Shown here piece by piece: positions 11,165 through 24,141 of a stretch of 64,000 nucleotides of DNA (the first letter of the stretch is position 1; each line of letters starts with the position of its first letter). Position numbers and translations under genes: made by a program. The notes under the pieces are model-generated. The model had not been told where the DNA came from, did not search any database, and saw only the letters and a list, made by a program, of their open reading frames with translations. This DNA is from Nitrospirota bacterium (GTDB lineage Bacteria > Nitrospirota > Nitrospiria > Nitrospirales > Nitrospiraceae), in assembly GCA_963703955.1 (NCBI GenBank), contig CAVPGK010000017.1, positions 256,001 through 320,000 on the forward strand, in the 5' to 3' direction.

Positions 11165-11517
11165 AAGAGCTTGTAGGGTAAGCGGCTCAAAAGAGCTGGA
11201 AGCTGTTTATGTCATGCCGGGATGGTCCTGACAACCCTGGAAGCTGGTTTGAGCTATTGGATCGTGGCAAGGCTTTAATGGTTGCAGGTCATGAAGTGAC
11301 GCAAGACCTGATTGGCAGTCACACAGCGGGAACGCCCTTGACGTCGTGCGCAGGGTGCAGAACGTCGGCTGAAAGCCTTCTGGTCAATGGGTGCGCCACA
11401 CAGGGCAGCATCTTCATCATGGACCGGGATGGTCGACGTTCCCTCTCCACGTGCGGAGGAGCGGGGGCATGGAGGCGAAAGGACCCGGACGAAGGGAATG
11501 CTGAAAGCCCGTCAAAC

Positions 11518-11937
11518 CTAATGACCAGAGCGTCTGGCACGTTCGGCGATTTTCTTGCGGAGCCGGGCTTTGTCGAGACTGATTCTTGCTTCTTCCACCT
11601 CGGAGGGCAGCCCTCCCGTTTCGAGGCGTTTTTCGGCTTTCTGGACCGCGGCTTGAGCGCGTTCTACGTCGATGTCTTCGGCCTTTTCTGCGATTTCGGC
11701 GAGGATCGTGACCTTCGTGGGCGTGACCTCGGCGAATCCCCACAGCACGGACATGAACGACCAGGCGTCGCTGATCTTATAGCGGAGCTCGCCGATCTTG
11801 AGCATGGAGAGGAAGTGACAGTGGCCCGGCAGCACGCCGAACTCACCCTCGGTTCCCGGGGCAATCACCTCGTCCACCTGCCGACTCAGCAGCAGTTTCT
11901 CGGGTGTCACCACTTCAAGGAGTATCTTGGTCGCCAT
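11518..11937 (-). CDS. atpC: ATP synthase F1 epsilon subunit
   Basis: LEVVTPEK, PGTEGEFGVLPGH, EDIDVERA. Confidence 0.95.
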   Translation of the reverse strand: MATKILLEVVTPEKLLLSRQVDEVIAPGTEGEFGVLPGHCHFLSMLKIGELRYKISDAWSFMSVLWGFAEVTPTKVTILAEIAEKAEDIDVERAQAAVQKAEKRLETGGLPSEVEEARISLDKARLRKKIAERARRSGH

Positions 11938-11943
11938 CGATCC

Positions 11944-11995
11944 TCAGCTTTCAGCATCAGCAAGCAAGCGATTCCAAAACTGATCGCTGACCGCT
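11944..11995 (-). repeat. Heptamer-periodic intergenic hairpin between atpD and atpC
   Basis: mRNA strand AGCGGTC-AGCGATC-AG pairs with CTGAT-GCTGAAA-GCT. Confidence 0.55.
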
Positions 11996-12002
11996 CTGTT
12001 GA

Positions 12003-14393
<2,391 letters not shown>

Positions 14394-14400
14394 GAGCTTG

Positions 14401-14523
14401 AAGGCTGCTGAAAAAACCCTCCAGCGGCGCTCTCAGTCGCGAGCCCAGCTCCACGTACACGAAGAGTACGTCTCAGCGTCCTCGCTCCTTGCGGTCTCGC
14501 TGGCGGATTTCTTGAGCAGCCTT
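14401..14523. repeat. About 120-bp dispersed palindromic (MITE/REP-like) element, copy 1
   Basis: Terminal inverted repeats AAGGCTGCT..CCAGCG / CGCTGG..AGCAGCCTT, and clearly homologous to 32801..32919. Confidence 0.85.
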
Positions 14524-14548
14524 TCCATACGTACAATAAAATGAGTTG

Positions 14549-16069
14549 CTAGGCCTGCGCCCCGTATCCCATCTTCTGTTTGAAGGTGGTGATGATCTGC
14601 TTCAGCTCCGTGGCAAAGCCCTCGTCGATCTTGCTCTTCGTCCCCACATCTTTTTTGATCTGCGGGCGGTGTTGAGCGACATAATGGAGGAGATCCTCTT
14701 CAAACTGACGGATTTTGTCCACCGGGACATCATCCACGAACCCGTTGACGCCGGCATAAATCGAGATGACCTGATCGGCGACCGGCATGGGCTTGTATTG
14801 TCCTTGCTTGAGCAGTTCGACCATCCGAACACCCCGGGCCAACTGAGCCTGCGTGGCCCTGTCGAGCTCGCTGCCGAACTGGGAGAAGGCCGCCATTTCT
14901 CGATACTGCGCAAGGTCCAGGCGGAGCGTTCCGGCCACCTGCTTCATGGTTTTGATCTGCGCCGACCCACCGACACGGGAGACGGACAGGCCAACGTTGA
15001 TGGCCGGCCGGATCCCCGAGTAGAACAGGTCGCTCGCCAGGTAAATCTGACCGTCGGTAATGGAAATGACGTTCGTCGGGATGTACGCCGAGACGTCGCC
15101 CGCCTGGGTCTCGATGATCGGAAGCGCGGTCAGACTGCCTCCGCCGAGCTTTTCGCTGAGCTTGGCCGCCCGCTCCAGGAGTCGCGAGTGCAGGTAGAAG
15201 ACGTCACCCGGGTAGGCTTCTCGGCCGGGCGGCCGGCGAAGCAATAACGAGAGCTGCCTGTAAGCCGTGGCATGCTTGGACAGGTCATCATAGATGATAA
15301 GGGCGTGTTTCCCATTGTCGCGGAAATATTCGCCGATGGCGACACCGGCATAGGGAGCGAGGTACTGCATCGAGGCCGCATCGCTCGCGGTGGCGGAGAC
15401 CACGATGCTGTACTCCATCGCATGATGCTCCTCCAGCGTCTTGACCACTCGGGCCACCGTGGAACGCTTTTGCCCAATGGCCACGTATATGCAAAAGACG
15501 TCCAAGCCTCTTTGATTGATGATCGTATCGACGGCGATGGCGGTCTTGCCGGTCTGCCGATCACCGATGATCAATTCCCGCTGACCCCGGCCGATCGGAA
15601 TCATCGCATCGATTGCCTTGATCCCGGTCTGCAACGGCTCTCGCACCGACTGGCGATCGACCACACCCGGCGCTCTCAGCTCGATGCGGCGGCTCAGCGA
15701 GGCCTTGATGGGCCCCTTTCCGTCCAACGGAAGGCCGATCGCATCGACCACGCGTCCGACGAGCGCTTCCCCGATGGGCACCTCAGCAATGCGTCCCGTT
15801 CGCTTGACCGGATCGCCCTCTTTGATGCCGGTGTCATCACCCATCAGCACGGCCCCGACACTGTCCTCTTCGAGGTTCAGGGCGATGCCGTAAAGGTTCC
15901 CGGGAAACTCCAGCATCTCGCCGGCCATCGCGCCGTCGAGTCCATAGACCTTGGCGATGCCATCACCGACTTGAATGATGGATCCGCTCTCGTTGACATC
16001 GACGTGCTTATCGAAGTCCTTAATCTTCTCCTTGATAATCGCGCTGATCTCGTCGGACTTGATCTGCAT
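14549..16069 (-). CDS. atpA: ATP synthase F1 alpha subunit
   Basis: [31 protein letters not shown]. Confidence 0.98.
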   Translation of the reverse strand: MQIKSDEISAIIKEKIKDFDKHVDVNESGSIIQVGDGIAKVYGLDGAMAGEMLEFPGNLYGIALNLEEDSVGAVLMGDDTGIKEGDPVKRTGRIAEVPIGEALVGRVVDAIGLPLDGKGPIKASLSRRIELRAPGVVDRQSVREPLQTGIKAIDAMIPIGRGQRELIIGDRQTGKTAIAVDTIINQRGLDVFCIYVAIGQKRSTVARVVKTLEEHHAMEYSIVVSATASDAASMQYLAPYAGVAIGEYFRDNGKHALIIYDDLSKHATAYRQLSLLLRRPPGREAYPGDVFYLHSRLLERAAKLSEKLGGGSLTALPIIETQAGDVSAYIPTNVISITDGQIYLASDLFYSGIRPAINVGLSVSRVGGSAQIKTMKQVAGTLRLDLAQYREMAAFSQFGSELDRATQAQLARGVRMVELLKQGQYKPMPVADQVISIYAGVNGFVDDVPVDKIRQFEEDLLHYVAQHRPQIKKDVGTKSKIDEGFATELKQIITTFKQKMGYGAQA

Positions 16070-16072
16070 TCG

Positions 16073-16612
16073 CTACTCCTTGGTCACAAGAGTCCGCATG
16101 GCCGTCAATCGGCTGCGAACGGAGCTATCATACACCGTGGTGCCGATTCGGATCTGGAGCCCGGAGAGAAGTGTCGGTTCGGTCTGGAATGAAAGATCGA
16201 CGTTGTGTCGCAAGAGTTCGCGAAGGCGGTTACGGAGGCTATCCTGCTCGGCGGGAGTCAAGGCTTTGGCCGACGTGACCGCAACCTGCTTGGTCCCTTT
16301 CGCTTGATCGGCAAGCGCGGCGAATTGGTCGGCGATCTCTTGGAGAAAGCCAATCCGATTTTTTTTCACCAATTGGGCGAGAAAATTGTTGATAACCGGA
16401 GGGCATCCCAGACGCTGACTGAGTGCGGAAAGGACATCTCGTTTTTGAGCAAAGCCGAATGCGGGCGACGCCAGGACATGCCTCAGGGACGACAATTCCG
16501 AAATAGTCTGCGCCAACGCCCTCAAGCCGGTCTTCGTGGCTTCAATCGTGGCCTCATCCGTGAGGCCGAACAGGGCTTTCGCGTAACGACGAGCAACCGC
16601 GATTTTGATCAC
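16073..16612 (-). CDS. atpH: ATP synthase delta subunit
   Basis: VARRYAKALF, GLQIRIGTTVYDSSVRSRL, GTG start at 16612. Confidence 0.93.
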   Translation of the reverse strand: MIKIAVARRYAKALFGLTDEATIEATKTGLRALAQTISELSSLRHVLASPAFGFAQKRDVLSALSQRLGCPPVINNFLAQLVKKNRIGFLQEIADQFAALADQAKGTKQVAVTSAKALTPAEQDSLRNRLRELLRHNVDLSFQTEPTLLSGLQIRIGTTVYDSSVRSRLTAMRTLVTKE

Positions 16613-16671
16613 AATCGTACCGGGTTTACCGGGGATTCGTGCGTGCGGGTGGGCACGACAAAAAACGGGGC

Positions 16672-16701
16672 ACAGTAGCATCCGGCAACGGAATGTGTCA
16701 A
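16672..16701 (-). promoter_or_regulatory. Putative sigma70 promoter of atpHAGDC
   Basis: Minus strand TTGACA-N18-TACTGT with a TGn extension. Confidence 0.6.
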
Positions 16702-16721
16702 GCGGGAAGGTGGCGCAAACG

Positions 16722-17798
16722 CTACTGAATAATGCCGCCGCCTAAGACACGGTCGCCGTCATAGAAGACGGCGGACTGGCCTGGGCTGAGCGCACGCTGA
16801 GGAGCCTGAAAGCGAACGTGAACGGTCCCGTCCGTGTGAGGCGTGAGAGTGGCCGGCGCGGAGGGTGTGGCGTACCGGACCTTGACGCGAGCTTCTACCG
16901 GCTCTGTGAGAAAGGTTTCATCAAACACATTGAGGTCAGTGACGGCGCAGTCCGAGCGAAACAGTTCTTCCTCTGGACCCAAGACGACCGTCTGGGTCTC
17001 AGAGATCACGCGCTGCACGTACAGCCGTTGTCCTGTGGCGATGCCTAAGCCGCGTCGCTGACCGGGTGTGTAGTAGGCAATCCCATCGTGCCGACCCAGG
17101 ACACGGCCTTCCCGATCAGTAAACCATCCGGGCTTTCGTGACTCTGGCGCTTCGCGTTCCATAAACGTTCGATAATCGCCCTGACTCACAAAGCAGATTT
17201 CCTGACTCTCTTTGATATCATCCGCCGGCAAGCCTAAGGATTCGGCCCGAGCCCATACCTCTGACTTGCGCAGGGCCCCGACCGGGAAGAGGAGGCGATC
17301 CAGCCACAAGGGGTTGATCCGGTACAGAAAATAGCTTTGGTCCTTCCGAGGATCCGCTGCTCGCTGCAATGTCGGCCGCTCGCCGTCGCGATTGATTTGG
17401 GCATAATGCCCGGTGGCCACGAAATCGGTGCCTCGTTCCTCGGCAAGGCAATACAGCGAGCGGAGCTTGACTCGCTCATTGCAACGCACACAGGGGTTCG
17501 GGGTGGTGCCGGCCTGATATCCGGATAAAAAATCATCGATCACGCCGGACCGAAAATTCTCCCTCGTGTCGATCACCTCATGGGAAATTCCCAGTCGCGC
17601 GGCTACGTAGCGGGCCAGCCCGACCTTACAGCAACCGCGCTCCTGCCACCGCTTGGACACCGCCACCGATTCGTCCTCGTGTTCCCAGACTTGCAGCGTG
17701 ATCCCTTGGACCTGATACCCCTGCTCAACAAGGAGGGCGGCAGCTACAGAGCTGTCTACCCCACCGCTCATGCCGAGAATCACTGTTCGCCGGCTCAT
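16722..17798 (-). CDS. mnmA: tRNA 2-thiouridylase
   Basis: GMSGGVDSS, TPNPCVRCN, ATGHY, KDQSYFL, ESQEICF, PGQSAVFY. Confidence 0.95.
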   Translation of the reverse strand: MSRRTVILGMSGGVDSSVAAALLVEQGYQVQGITLQVWEHEDESVAVSKRWQERGCCKVGLARYVAARLGISHEVIDTRENFRSGVIDDFLSGYQAGTTPNPCVRCNERVKLRSLYCLAEERGTDFVATGHYAQINRDGERPTLQRAADPRKDQSYFLYRINPLWLDRLLFPVGALRKSEVWARAESLGLPADDIKESQEICFVSQGDYRTFMEREAPESRKPGWFTDREGRVLGRHDGIAYYTPGQRRGLGIATGQRLYVQRVISETQTVVLGPEEELFRSDCAVTDLNVFDETFLTEPVEARVKVRYATPSAPATLTPHTDGTVHVRFQAPQRALSPGQSAVFYDGDRVLGGGIIQ

Positions 17799-17808
17799 TC
17801 CTATTCCT

Positions 17809-18267
17809 TCACGATTGGCCGTCCTGGGCGCGGACCTTGCGGTGCGCGGCCAGATCACGCACGTTCTCAAGCGTCTTGGCTTCCTGCTCGGTTTGTTCGG
17901 ACCACTTGTTGGCGCCCATATCGCACATGCCGTGAATGTGCGCTCCTTCTTCTATCACAATTGCGGGCGTCCGCACATCACCCAATACGACAGCCGGCTT
18001 CAGTAACTGAATCTTTTCCGTTGCCGTGATGGTCGCCTTGATCTTTCCGCCGCAGATAACGGTCCCGGCGCTGATCAATCCCTTGATGACCGCATGTTCC
18101 CCGATGACCAGGGTTCCCTTGGTGTGAACCTCGCCTTCCAGGTGGCCGTCGATTCGCACCGTTCCATCGAAGTGAATAACTCCCTTAAAATCGACCCCTC
18201 GTCCCAGGAAAGTAAAATTCTCATCGGTTTCGTTGACGCCCTTCTTCTTTGGATTGAATTCAAACAT
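17809..18267 (-). CDS. Bactofilin (polymer-forming cytoskeletal protein)
   Basis: FKGVIHFDGTVRIDGHLEGEV...IEEGAHIHGMCDM beta-helix signature. Confidence 0.9.
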   Translation of the reverse strand: MFEFNPKKKGVNETDENFTFLGRGVDFKGVIHFDGTVRIDGHLEGEVHTKGTLVIGEHAVIKGLISAGTVICGGKIKATITATEKIQLLKPAVVLGDVRTPAIVIEEGAHIHGMCDMGANKWSEQTEQEAKTLENVRDLAAHRKVRAQDGQS

Positions 18268-18421
18268 GGGTGCCTCCTCTCGCTTACGTCGGTGAAGGGA
18301 AATGGTTAGGCCTGCCGGCTGCCTTGCCGAGGTTGCCTGACTCTAAGCTGGGTCGGATGGGTTGAAGGATAGAGAGCTGTGTTGGTCCTGCCGTGGATCT
18401 GTTCGGTCGATGGATCTATCG

Positions 18422-19261
18422 TCATCCCAGAAGCATTTCCAACAAGCGATCCAACTCTACAGGCGAGAAATAGTGTAGCACAACCTTTCCGCCGGTCCTG
18501 CCCTTGATGATGGAGACTCTTGTTCCGAAGCGCTTCTGAAGTTTCTCTTCGAGATCAACATAGGACCGATGTTGTGGTCTGGTCCGTCTTGGGGTTGGAG
18601 TATGGGTCGAAATCTTCTCGGCTTCTCTCACGGTGAGTTGCTTTTCAACGATCTGGCGAGCAAGTGCGAGTTGCTCTTCGAGGTGATTAAGGCCCAGGAT
18701 GACTTTCGCATGCCCCGTCGTCAAGGCGCCTGACTCAACTAAGCATTGGACTTCATTAGGTAAATTGACGAGCCTTGCAATGTTTGCAACCGAGGATCGA
18801 TCCTTTCCAATCCGTTGCGCGACCGTTTCTTGAGTGAAACCAAATTCATGAATGAGCCGATGATAGGCCCGGGCGGCTTCCATTGGATTAAGATCCTGGC
18901 GCTGCAAATTCTCCACGAGGGCGAGCTCCATCACCTGTTCATCACTGGAATTGCGAACGATCGCAGGTACAGTGAGCAGACCGGCTAATTTTGCTGCTCG
19001 CAATCGCCGCTCGCCTGCGATGAGTTCGTAGAGTCCGTCACCCTTTCGTCGAACCAGAACCGGCTGCAGCACACCATTCTGCTTGATCGATTCGGCAAGC
19101 TGCGTGAGCTCGGACTCCTGGAACTCGCTTCGAGGTTGGTAACGATTGGGAATAATGTTGAGGAGCGGAATTTCCTGAATTTCGCGTGTCGGCATCGCAG
19201 TTTTGAATCCACTATCCGGCAATAACGCTTCAAGACCTTTACCGAGCGCCTTCTTTTCCAT
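18422..19261 (-). CDS. parB: Chromosome partitioning protein ParB
   Basis: LGKGLEALL, QPR, IAGERRLRA, ENLQRQDLNP and HTH. Confidence 0.95.
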   Translation of the reverse strand: MEKKALGKGLEALLPDSGFKTAMPTREIQEIPLLNIIPNRYQPRSEFQESELTQLAESIKQNGVLQPVLVRRKGDGLYELIAGERRLRAAKLAGLLTVPAIVRNSSDEQVMELALVENLQRQDLNPMEAARAYHRLIHEFGFTQETVAQRIGKDRSSVANIARLVNLPNEVQCLVESGALTTGHAKVILGLNHLEEQLALARQIVEKQLTVREAEKISTHTPTPRRTRPQHRSYVDLEEKLQKRFGTRVSIIKGRTGGKVVLHYFSPVELDRLLEMLLG

Positions 19262-20015
19262 GCGCCAAGATCTCCTTTGACAATTCGAAATAGGCCTGGG
19301 CTCCGGACGACGCGGCATTGTACAGCGCCACGGGACGACCGTAGCTTGGGGCCTCAGCTAAGGTGACGTTTCGCGGGATCATCGTCTTGTATACTTTTTC
19401 CTTGAAATGACTTCTAATTTCCTCCACGACCTGTCGGGCCAAACTGTTTCGGGAGTCGTACATGGTCAGTAGAATCCCTTCGATCTCAAGGGTCGGGTTC
19501 AATGAGTCCTGCACCCGCTTCACATTCGCCATCAGTCGTCCGAGACCTTCCATTGCATAGTATTCGCATTGGATGGGTACCAGGACGGATGAAGCCGCGA
19601 CCAGCGCATTGATGGTGAGGATTCCCAAGGCTGGTGGGCAATCAAAGATAATAAAATCATAGCGATCGAATGTGTCACCCAGGGCATTCTTGAGAACTGC
19701 TTCGCGCGCTTCAACGTTCACCAATTCGACTTCTGCGCCCACTAAGTCCGCATTCGCTGGGGCAAGAAAGAGTTTGGGAATTCCAGTGGATGCGATCACT
19801 TCAGAGACGTAAGCTCCCCGGGTCATGCAGTCGTAGATCGTCCGAGAAAGGTTTCTCGGATCAAGGCCCAGGCCACTCGTCGCATTCGACTGGGGGTCCA
19901 GATCGACCAATAAGACAGAACGCTCCCCTATTGCCAGCGACGCGGCGACGTTAACCGATGTGGTTGTCTTTCCGACACCTCCTTTCTGATTTGCAATAGC
20001 AATTGTTCTTGCCAT
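19239..20015 (-). CDS. parA: ParA/Soj ATPase
   Basis: NQKGGVGKTT, DLDPQSNAT, DCPP, LAEAPSYG. Confidence 0.95.
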   Translation of the reverse strand: MARTIAIANQKGGVGKTTTSVNVAASLAIGERSVLLVDLDPQSNATSGLGLDPRNLSRTIYDCMTRGAYVSEVIASTGIPKLFLAPANADLVGAEVELVNVEAREAVLKNALGDTFDRYDFIIFDCPPALGILTINALVAASSVLVPIQCEYYAMEGLGRLMANVKRVQDSLNPTLEIEGILLTMYDSRNSLARQVVEEIRSHFKEKVYKTMIPRNVTLAEAPSYGRPVALYNAASSGAQAYFELSKEILAHGKEGAR

Positions 20016-20028
20016 GGTGTTTCTCGTT

Positions 20029-20712
20029 CTATGCAGTGAGCTTCATAGCGACTGTTCCACGTGGAACAGTCTCAAGAATAGTTAAGACCCGTCTCCCGGC
20101 TTGGTATGGCAGGTCATAGGCGATTTCCTGTGTGACCATGAGTCCATCGACGGTGAGTGCACTTCCGAAAGATTTCGACCTGCAGAGGATCAATCTGCCA
20201 TGATTTGTGAGCAACGGTTCGACGCAATGGATAATCGAGCGAACGTTCAGGGCTCGAGTCGTCACGTAGGCAAAGGTGCAGTGGTAATTTATTTGCGCTG
20301 AGAGTTCCTCCAATGGTTGTGACAGTACGCGAGAGTCTTTCAAGGAAAGTGTCCCAATCATGTGCCTCAAAAACGCTGTTTTCTTGTGATTTGGTTCGAG
20401 GAGGGTGAGGTGAATCTCTGGGCAAAGAATCTTGAGGGGAAGACCTGGAAATCCAGCTCCAGCACCGACATCCAAGAGCAAATCATGTGATTTGAGGGAC
20501 CGCAGAGCCTTGCTACAGGCCAGCGAATCGAGAAAATGCTTGACCGCGATCTGTTTGGTATCCGTAATAGCGGTCAGATTCGTCTTTCCATTCCAGATGG
20601 TCAGTTCACGGAGGTACTGGGAAAATTGTCCGAGTTGATGCTCGGTGAGAGAGAGCCCGAGCTCAGCAGAACCGTCGACCAGGTATGATCGGAGGTCGGA
20701 GGTCTGTTCCAC
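20029..20712 (-). CDS. rsmG: 16S rRNA m7G527 methyltransferase
   Basis: NLTAI, KHFLDSL, DVGAGAGFPG, located between mnmG and parA. Confidence 0.92.
   Translation of the reverse strand: MEQTSDLRSYLVDGSAELGLSLTEHQLGQFSQYLRELTIWNGKTNLTAITDTKQIAVKHFLDSLACSKALRSLKSHDLLLDVGAGAGFPGLPLKILCPEIHLTLLEPNHKKTAFLRHMIGTLSLKDSRVLSQPLEELSAQINYHCTFAYVTTRALNVRSIIHCVEPLLTNHGRLILCRSKSFGSALTVDGLMVTQEIAYDLPYQAGRRVLTILETVPRGTVAMKLTA
20053..20068. promoter_or_regulatory. parS site
   Basis: TGTTCCACGTGGAACA inside a perfect 22-bp palindrome at 20050..20071. Confidence 0.9.
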
Positions 20713-20720
20713 GTGGAACA
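20705..20720. promoter_or_regulatory. parS site
   Basis: TGTTCCACGTGGAACA inside a perfect 26-bp palindrome at 20700..20725. Confidence 0.9.
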
Positions 20721-20782
20721 GACCTACGATATCTCCAATGGGTCGTCAAGCGTTTTTTTGTATTGGGGACGAATCCGACGGG

Positions 20783-22690
20783 CTAGATACCTTGAATGGT
20801 CTGTCCGTCACCAGTGGCAGCGGATTGAAGACCATGCCGCCTGTCTCGCTCTAAGGCGACCAAGAGCAGGGAAACGGCGGCGGGAGTCACCCCGGATATT
20901 CTCGATGCCTGGCCGATGGAAGCTGGTCGGACTCGCCTGAGTTTTTCTAGGACTTCCTTCGAAAAACCGATAACGCTGTCGTAATTGAAAGAAATTGGAA
21001 TCTTCCGATCCTCCAATTTCTTGAAATTGGCGATCTGCTGCATTTGTCGTTTGATGTACCCTTCGTATTTCACTGTTATTTCAATAGCTTCTTTAACTTG
21101 ATCGTCATCTGGCCCAGGGTCTCCTGTCAAGCCAAGAAGGGTTTGATAGGTCAGTTCTTGGCGTCTGAGCAAATGGGCGAGTGTGAGATCGGGAGAAATA
21201 CCGTCAAGATTCATGACGGATAACTTACTACGGATCTCAGGGGTCCATGAGGGCTTGGTACGCTTGAGACGCGTGACCTCGCTATCGATCTGCTCGCGCT
21301 TCCTCAGTAGCTGACCATATGCCGTCTCGTCGATCAGGCCGAGTCGATGGCCGATGTCCATCAATCGCAGGTCGGCGTTGTCTTGGCGAAGGAGCAGGCG
21401 ATATTCCGCCCGAGATGTGAACATCCGATAGGGTTCCCGCGCATCCTTCGTGATGAGGTCATCGATCAACACCCCAATGTACGCTTGCGATCGATCCAAA
21501 ATCAGTGACTGCTCATCACGCATGCTCAACACGGCATTAATGCCCGCCATGATACCTTGCGCACCCGCCTCCTCATAGCCGGAGGTGCCGTTGATCTGAC
21601 CTGCATGGAAGAGGCCTGCAACCAACTTTGTTTCCAGTGTCGGGTGAAGCTGGCGCGGCGGGAAATAGTCGTACTCCACCGCGTACCCAGGCTTCAGCAT
21701 CTTCGCGTGCTCCAGGCCTGGAATGGTGCGAAGGATGGCCGCTTGCACGTCAACCGGAAGACTCGTGGAAATGCCGTTTGGGTAATACTCAAGAGTGTCT
21801 AACCCCTCTGGTTCTACGAAAATCTGGTGTCGCTGCTTGTCCGCAAACCGAACCACCTTATCCTCGATGGATGGGCAGTAACGCGGTCCGACCGATTCGA
21901 TTACCCCACTATACAAAGGGGATCGGTCGAGATTCTTCACGATGATCGCATGCGTTTCGGGGTTGGTATAGGTGAGATGGCAGGAAACTTGAGGCGTTGT
22001 GATTCGCTCGGTGCGGTAGGAAAAAGGCTTGGGAGGATTGTCGCCGGGCTGTGGAATCATCACACTGAAATCGATCGTGTCCCGGTCCAGACGAGGCGGC
22101 GTTCCTGTCTTCAGGCGCCCCACTTCGAACCCGAAGTCCCGCATGCAATCCGACAGGTGTTCGGCTGAGGCTTCGCCGGCTCTTCCGGCTGGAAAATGGC
22201 TTAGCCCGATGTGGATCAGGCCCTTGAGGAAGGTACCCGATGTCAAGATGACCGCGTGGGCTGTGATGGTTGCGCCGCCGTCCGTGACGACGCCGGTCAC
22301 CCTTCCCTGGCTGGTGAGCACTCGATCGACAGTCCCTTGACCGATCTCGAGCCCAGGTTGCGCGCGTAGCGTCTCCCGCATCGCACGGCGATACAGTTTC
22401 TTGTCGCATTGCGCGCGCAGAGCCCGAACGGCCGGCCCCTTGCTGGTGTTGATCATCCGAAACTGGATTCCCGAGCGATCGGTGTTGCGCCCCATCTCTC
22501 CTCCGAGCGCATCGATCTCTTTGATCAGGTGACCTTTCGCAATGCCGCCCATCGCAGGATTGCAGGACATTTGGGCGATCTTGTCCTGGTCCATTGTCAG
22601 GAGAAGAACACGGGTTCCCATACGGGCTGCGGCAAGCGCCGCTTCACACCCTGCATGCCCTCCTCCCACGACTATCACGTCATAAGGCAT
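20783..22690 (-). CDS. mnmG: tRNA uridine-5-carboxymethylaminomethyl modification enzyme (GidA)
   Basis: [41 protein letters not shown]. Confidence 0.97.
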   Translation of the reverse strand: MPYDVIVVGGGHAGCEAALAAARMGTRVLLLTMDQDKIAQMSCNPAMGGIAKGHLIKEIDALGGEMGRNTDRSGIQFRMINTSKGPAVRALRAQCDKKLYRRAMRETLRAQPGLEIGQGTVDRVLTSQGRVTGVVTDGGATITAHAVILTSGTFLKGLIHIGLSHFPAGRAGEASAEHLSDCMRDFGFEVGRLKTGTPPRLDRDTIDFSVMIPQPGDNPPKPFSYRTERITTPQVSCHLTYTNPETHAIIVKNLDRSPLYSGVIESVGPRYCPSIEDKVVRFADKQRHQIFVEPEGLDTLEYYPNGISTSLPVDVQAAILRTIPGLEHAKMLKPGYAVEYDYFPPRQLHPTLETKLVAGLFHAGQINGTSGYEEAGAQGIMAGINAVLSMRDEQSLILDRSQAYIGVLIDDLITKDAREPYRMFTSRAEYRLLLRQDNADLRLMDIGHRLGLIDETAYGQLLRKREQIDSEVTRLKRTKPSWTPEIRSKLSVMNLDGISPDLTLAHLLRRQELTYQTLLGLTGDPGPDDDQVKEAIEITVKYEGYIKRQMQQIANFKKLEDRKIPISFNYDSVIGFSKEVLEKLRRVRPASIGQASRISGVTPAAVSLLLVALERDRRHGLQSAATGDGQTIQGI

Positions 22691-22725
22691 GGAAAACCCC
22701 TTGGCACCTCTGGCCTTTTGACTCA

Positions 22726-24141
22726 CTATTTTCCGATACAAAATTCGCGGAAGATCCGGTCTAGAACATCGTCGGTGGTAATGGCCCCGGTGATTTCACC
22801 GAGCGCATCGAGCGCGCCGCGTAAGTCCATCGCGATGAACTCACCCGACAACTGCGACGTCACCGATTCAATCGCTTTGGCCAAGGCCGATTCGGCATTC
22901 ACCAAGCTGGTTCGATGCCGTATGCGTGTCACCATGGCCGCTTCACCGGGTTCGAGGCCACCTCTTCCCACAACCCCTCTGATCGTGTCCCGAAGATCCT
23001 CTAAGCCGGCTCCAGTCTTGGCCGAGATCCGGACTACGGACTTGAATTCAGCCAGTTCGAAGTCATGAATGCGGCTTGGCAGATCGCTCTTGTTCACGAC
23101 GACTACCAACGTTTTGTCGCGACCGAGACCCAGGAGGTCGTGATCTTCGGCACTGAGGGGAAAGGATCCGTCAAGCATGACCAGAAGCAGCTCCGCTTGC
23201 TCGATCGCGGCACGGCTACGTTTGATGCCCTCGTGCTCCACCAGATCGTCGGTCTCTCGCAGTCCGGCCGTGTCCAATAGCCGAACCGGAATACCCCGTA
23301 TATTCAACACCTCTTCCAACACGTCACGCGTGGTACCAGGCACAGCCGTCACGATGGCGCGATCAGTACCCAATAAGGCGTTGAGAAGACTGGATTTACC
23401 CACGTTGGGGCGTCCGATGATCGCGGCGGCCACTCCCTCACGCAGCACCCGCCCTTCCTCGTAGGTCTTAGCCAGTCGAGACACCTCCGTTCTTGTCTGC
23501 CGCAAGCTGCGGGCTAGGTCGTCCGGCCGAACAAAGGCCAGGTCTTCCTCCGTGAAATCGATCGCGGCTTCCACGTGCGCTAGCAGACCGATCAAGGTCT
23601 CCCGCATCCGGTCGACTTCCTTTGATAGCGCGCCTCGCAGTTGTTCTTGGGCGATCCTGAGGCTGCCGGTTGTCTTCGCGCGAATCGTGTCGAGCACGGC
23701 CTCGGCCTGAGTGAGGTTGAGTCGACCGTTCAGGAAGGCTCGTTTGGTGAATTCCCCCGGGTCGGCTAATCTGGCGCCGCGCCGGACCAATCCATCGCAC
23801 AGGCTCTGCAGCACCAGAGGGCCGCCATGGCAGTGGATTTCCACCACATCCTCAGCCGTAAACGAATGCGGGGCGCGCATGACGACGACCAGTGCCTCGT
23901 CAAGCGGCAGCGAATCGCGGTGAGGCTCGATGGGCGTGACCGCGACGTCAAACACATCCGCGTGATGAAGGGTATGACTCTGAACGGCGATCAACGATCG
24001 GCCGGATCGGAGACGAATCAGTTCGGAGGCGTAGGCGACGGCGTTCTCACCGCTGATGCGGACGATACCGATTCCCCCTTCCCCTACCGAAGTGGCGATG
24101 GCGCAAATCGTTTCGTCCATCCGTGCGGTCATAGACAACAT
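22726..24141 (-). CDS. mnmE: tRNA modification GTPase (TrmE), exact start uncertain
   Basis: [23 protein letters not shown]-terminal FCIGK. Confidence 0.97.
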   Translation of the reverse strand: MLSMTARMDETICAIATSVGEGGIGIVRISGENAVAYASELIRLRSGRSLIAVQSHTLHHADVFDVAVTPIEPHRDSLPLDEALVVVMRAPHSFTAEDVVEIHCHGGPLVLQSLCDGLVRRGARLADPGEFTKRAFLNGRLNLTQAEAVLDTIRAKTTGSLRIAQEQLRGALSKEVDRMRETLIGLLAHVEAAIDFTEEDLAFVRPDDLARSLRQTRTEVSRLAKTYEEGRVLREGVAAAIIGRPNVGKSSLLNALLGTDRAIVTAVPGTTRDVLEEVLNIRGIPVRLLDTAGLRETDDLVEHEGIKRSRAAIEQAELLLVMLDGSFPLSAEDHDLLGLGRDKTLVVVVNKSDLPSRIHDFELAEFKSVVRISAKTGAGLEDLRDTIRGVVGRGGLEPGEAAMVTRIRHRTSLVNAESALAKAIESVTSQLSGEFIAMDLRGALDALGEITGAITTDDVLDRIFREFCIGK

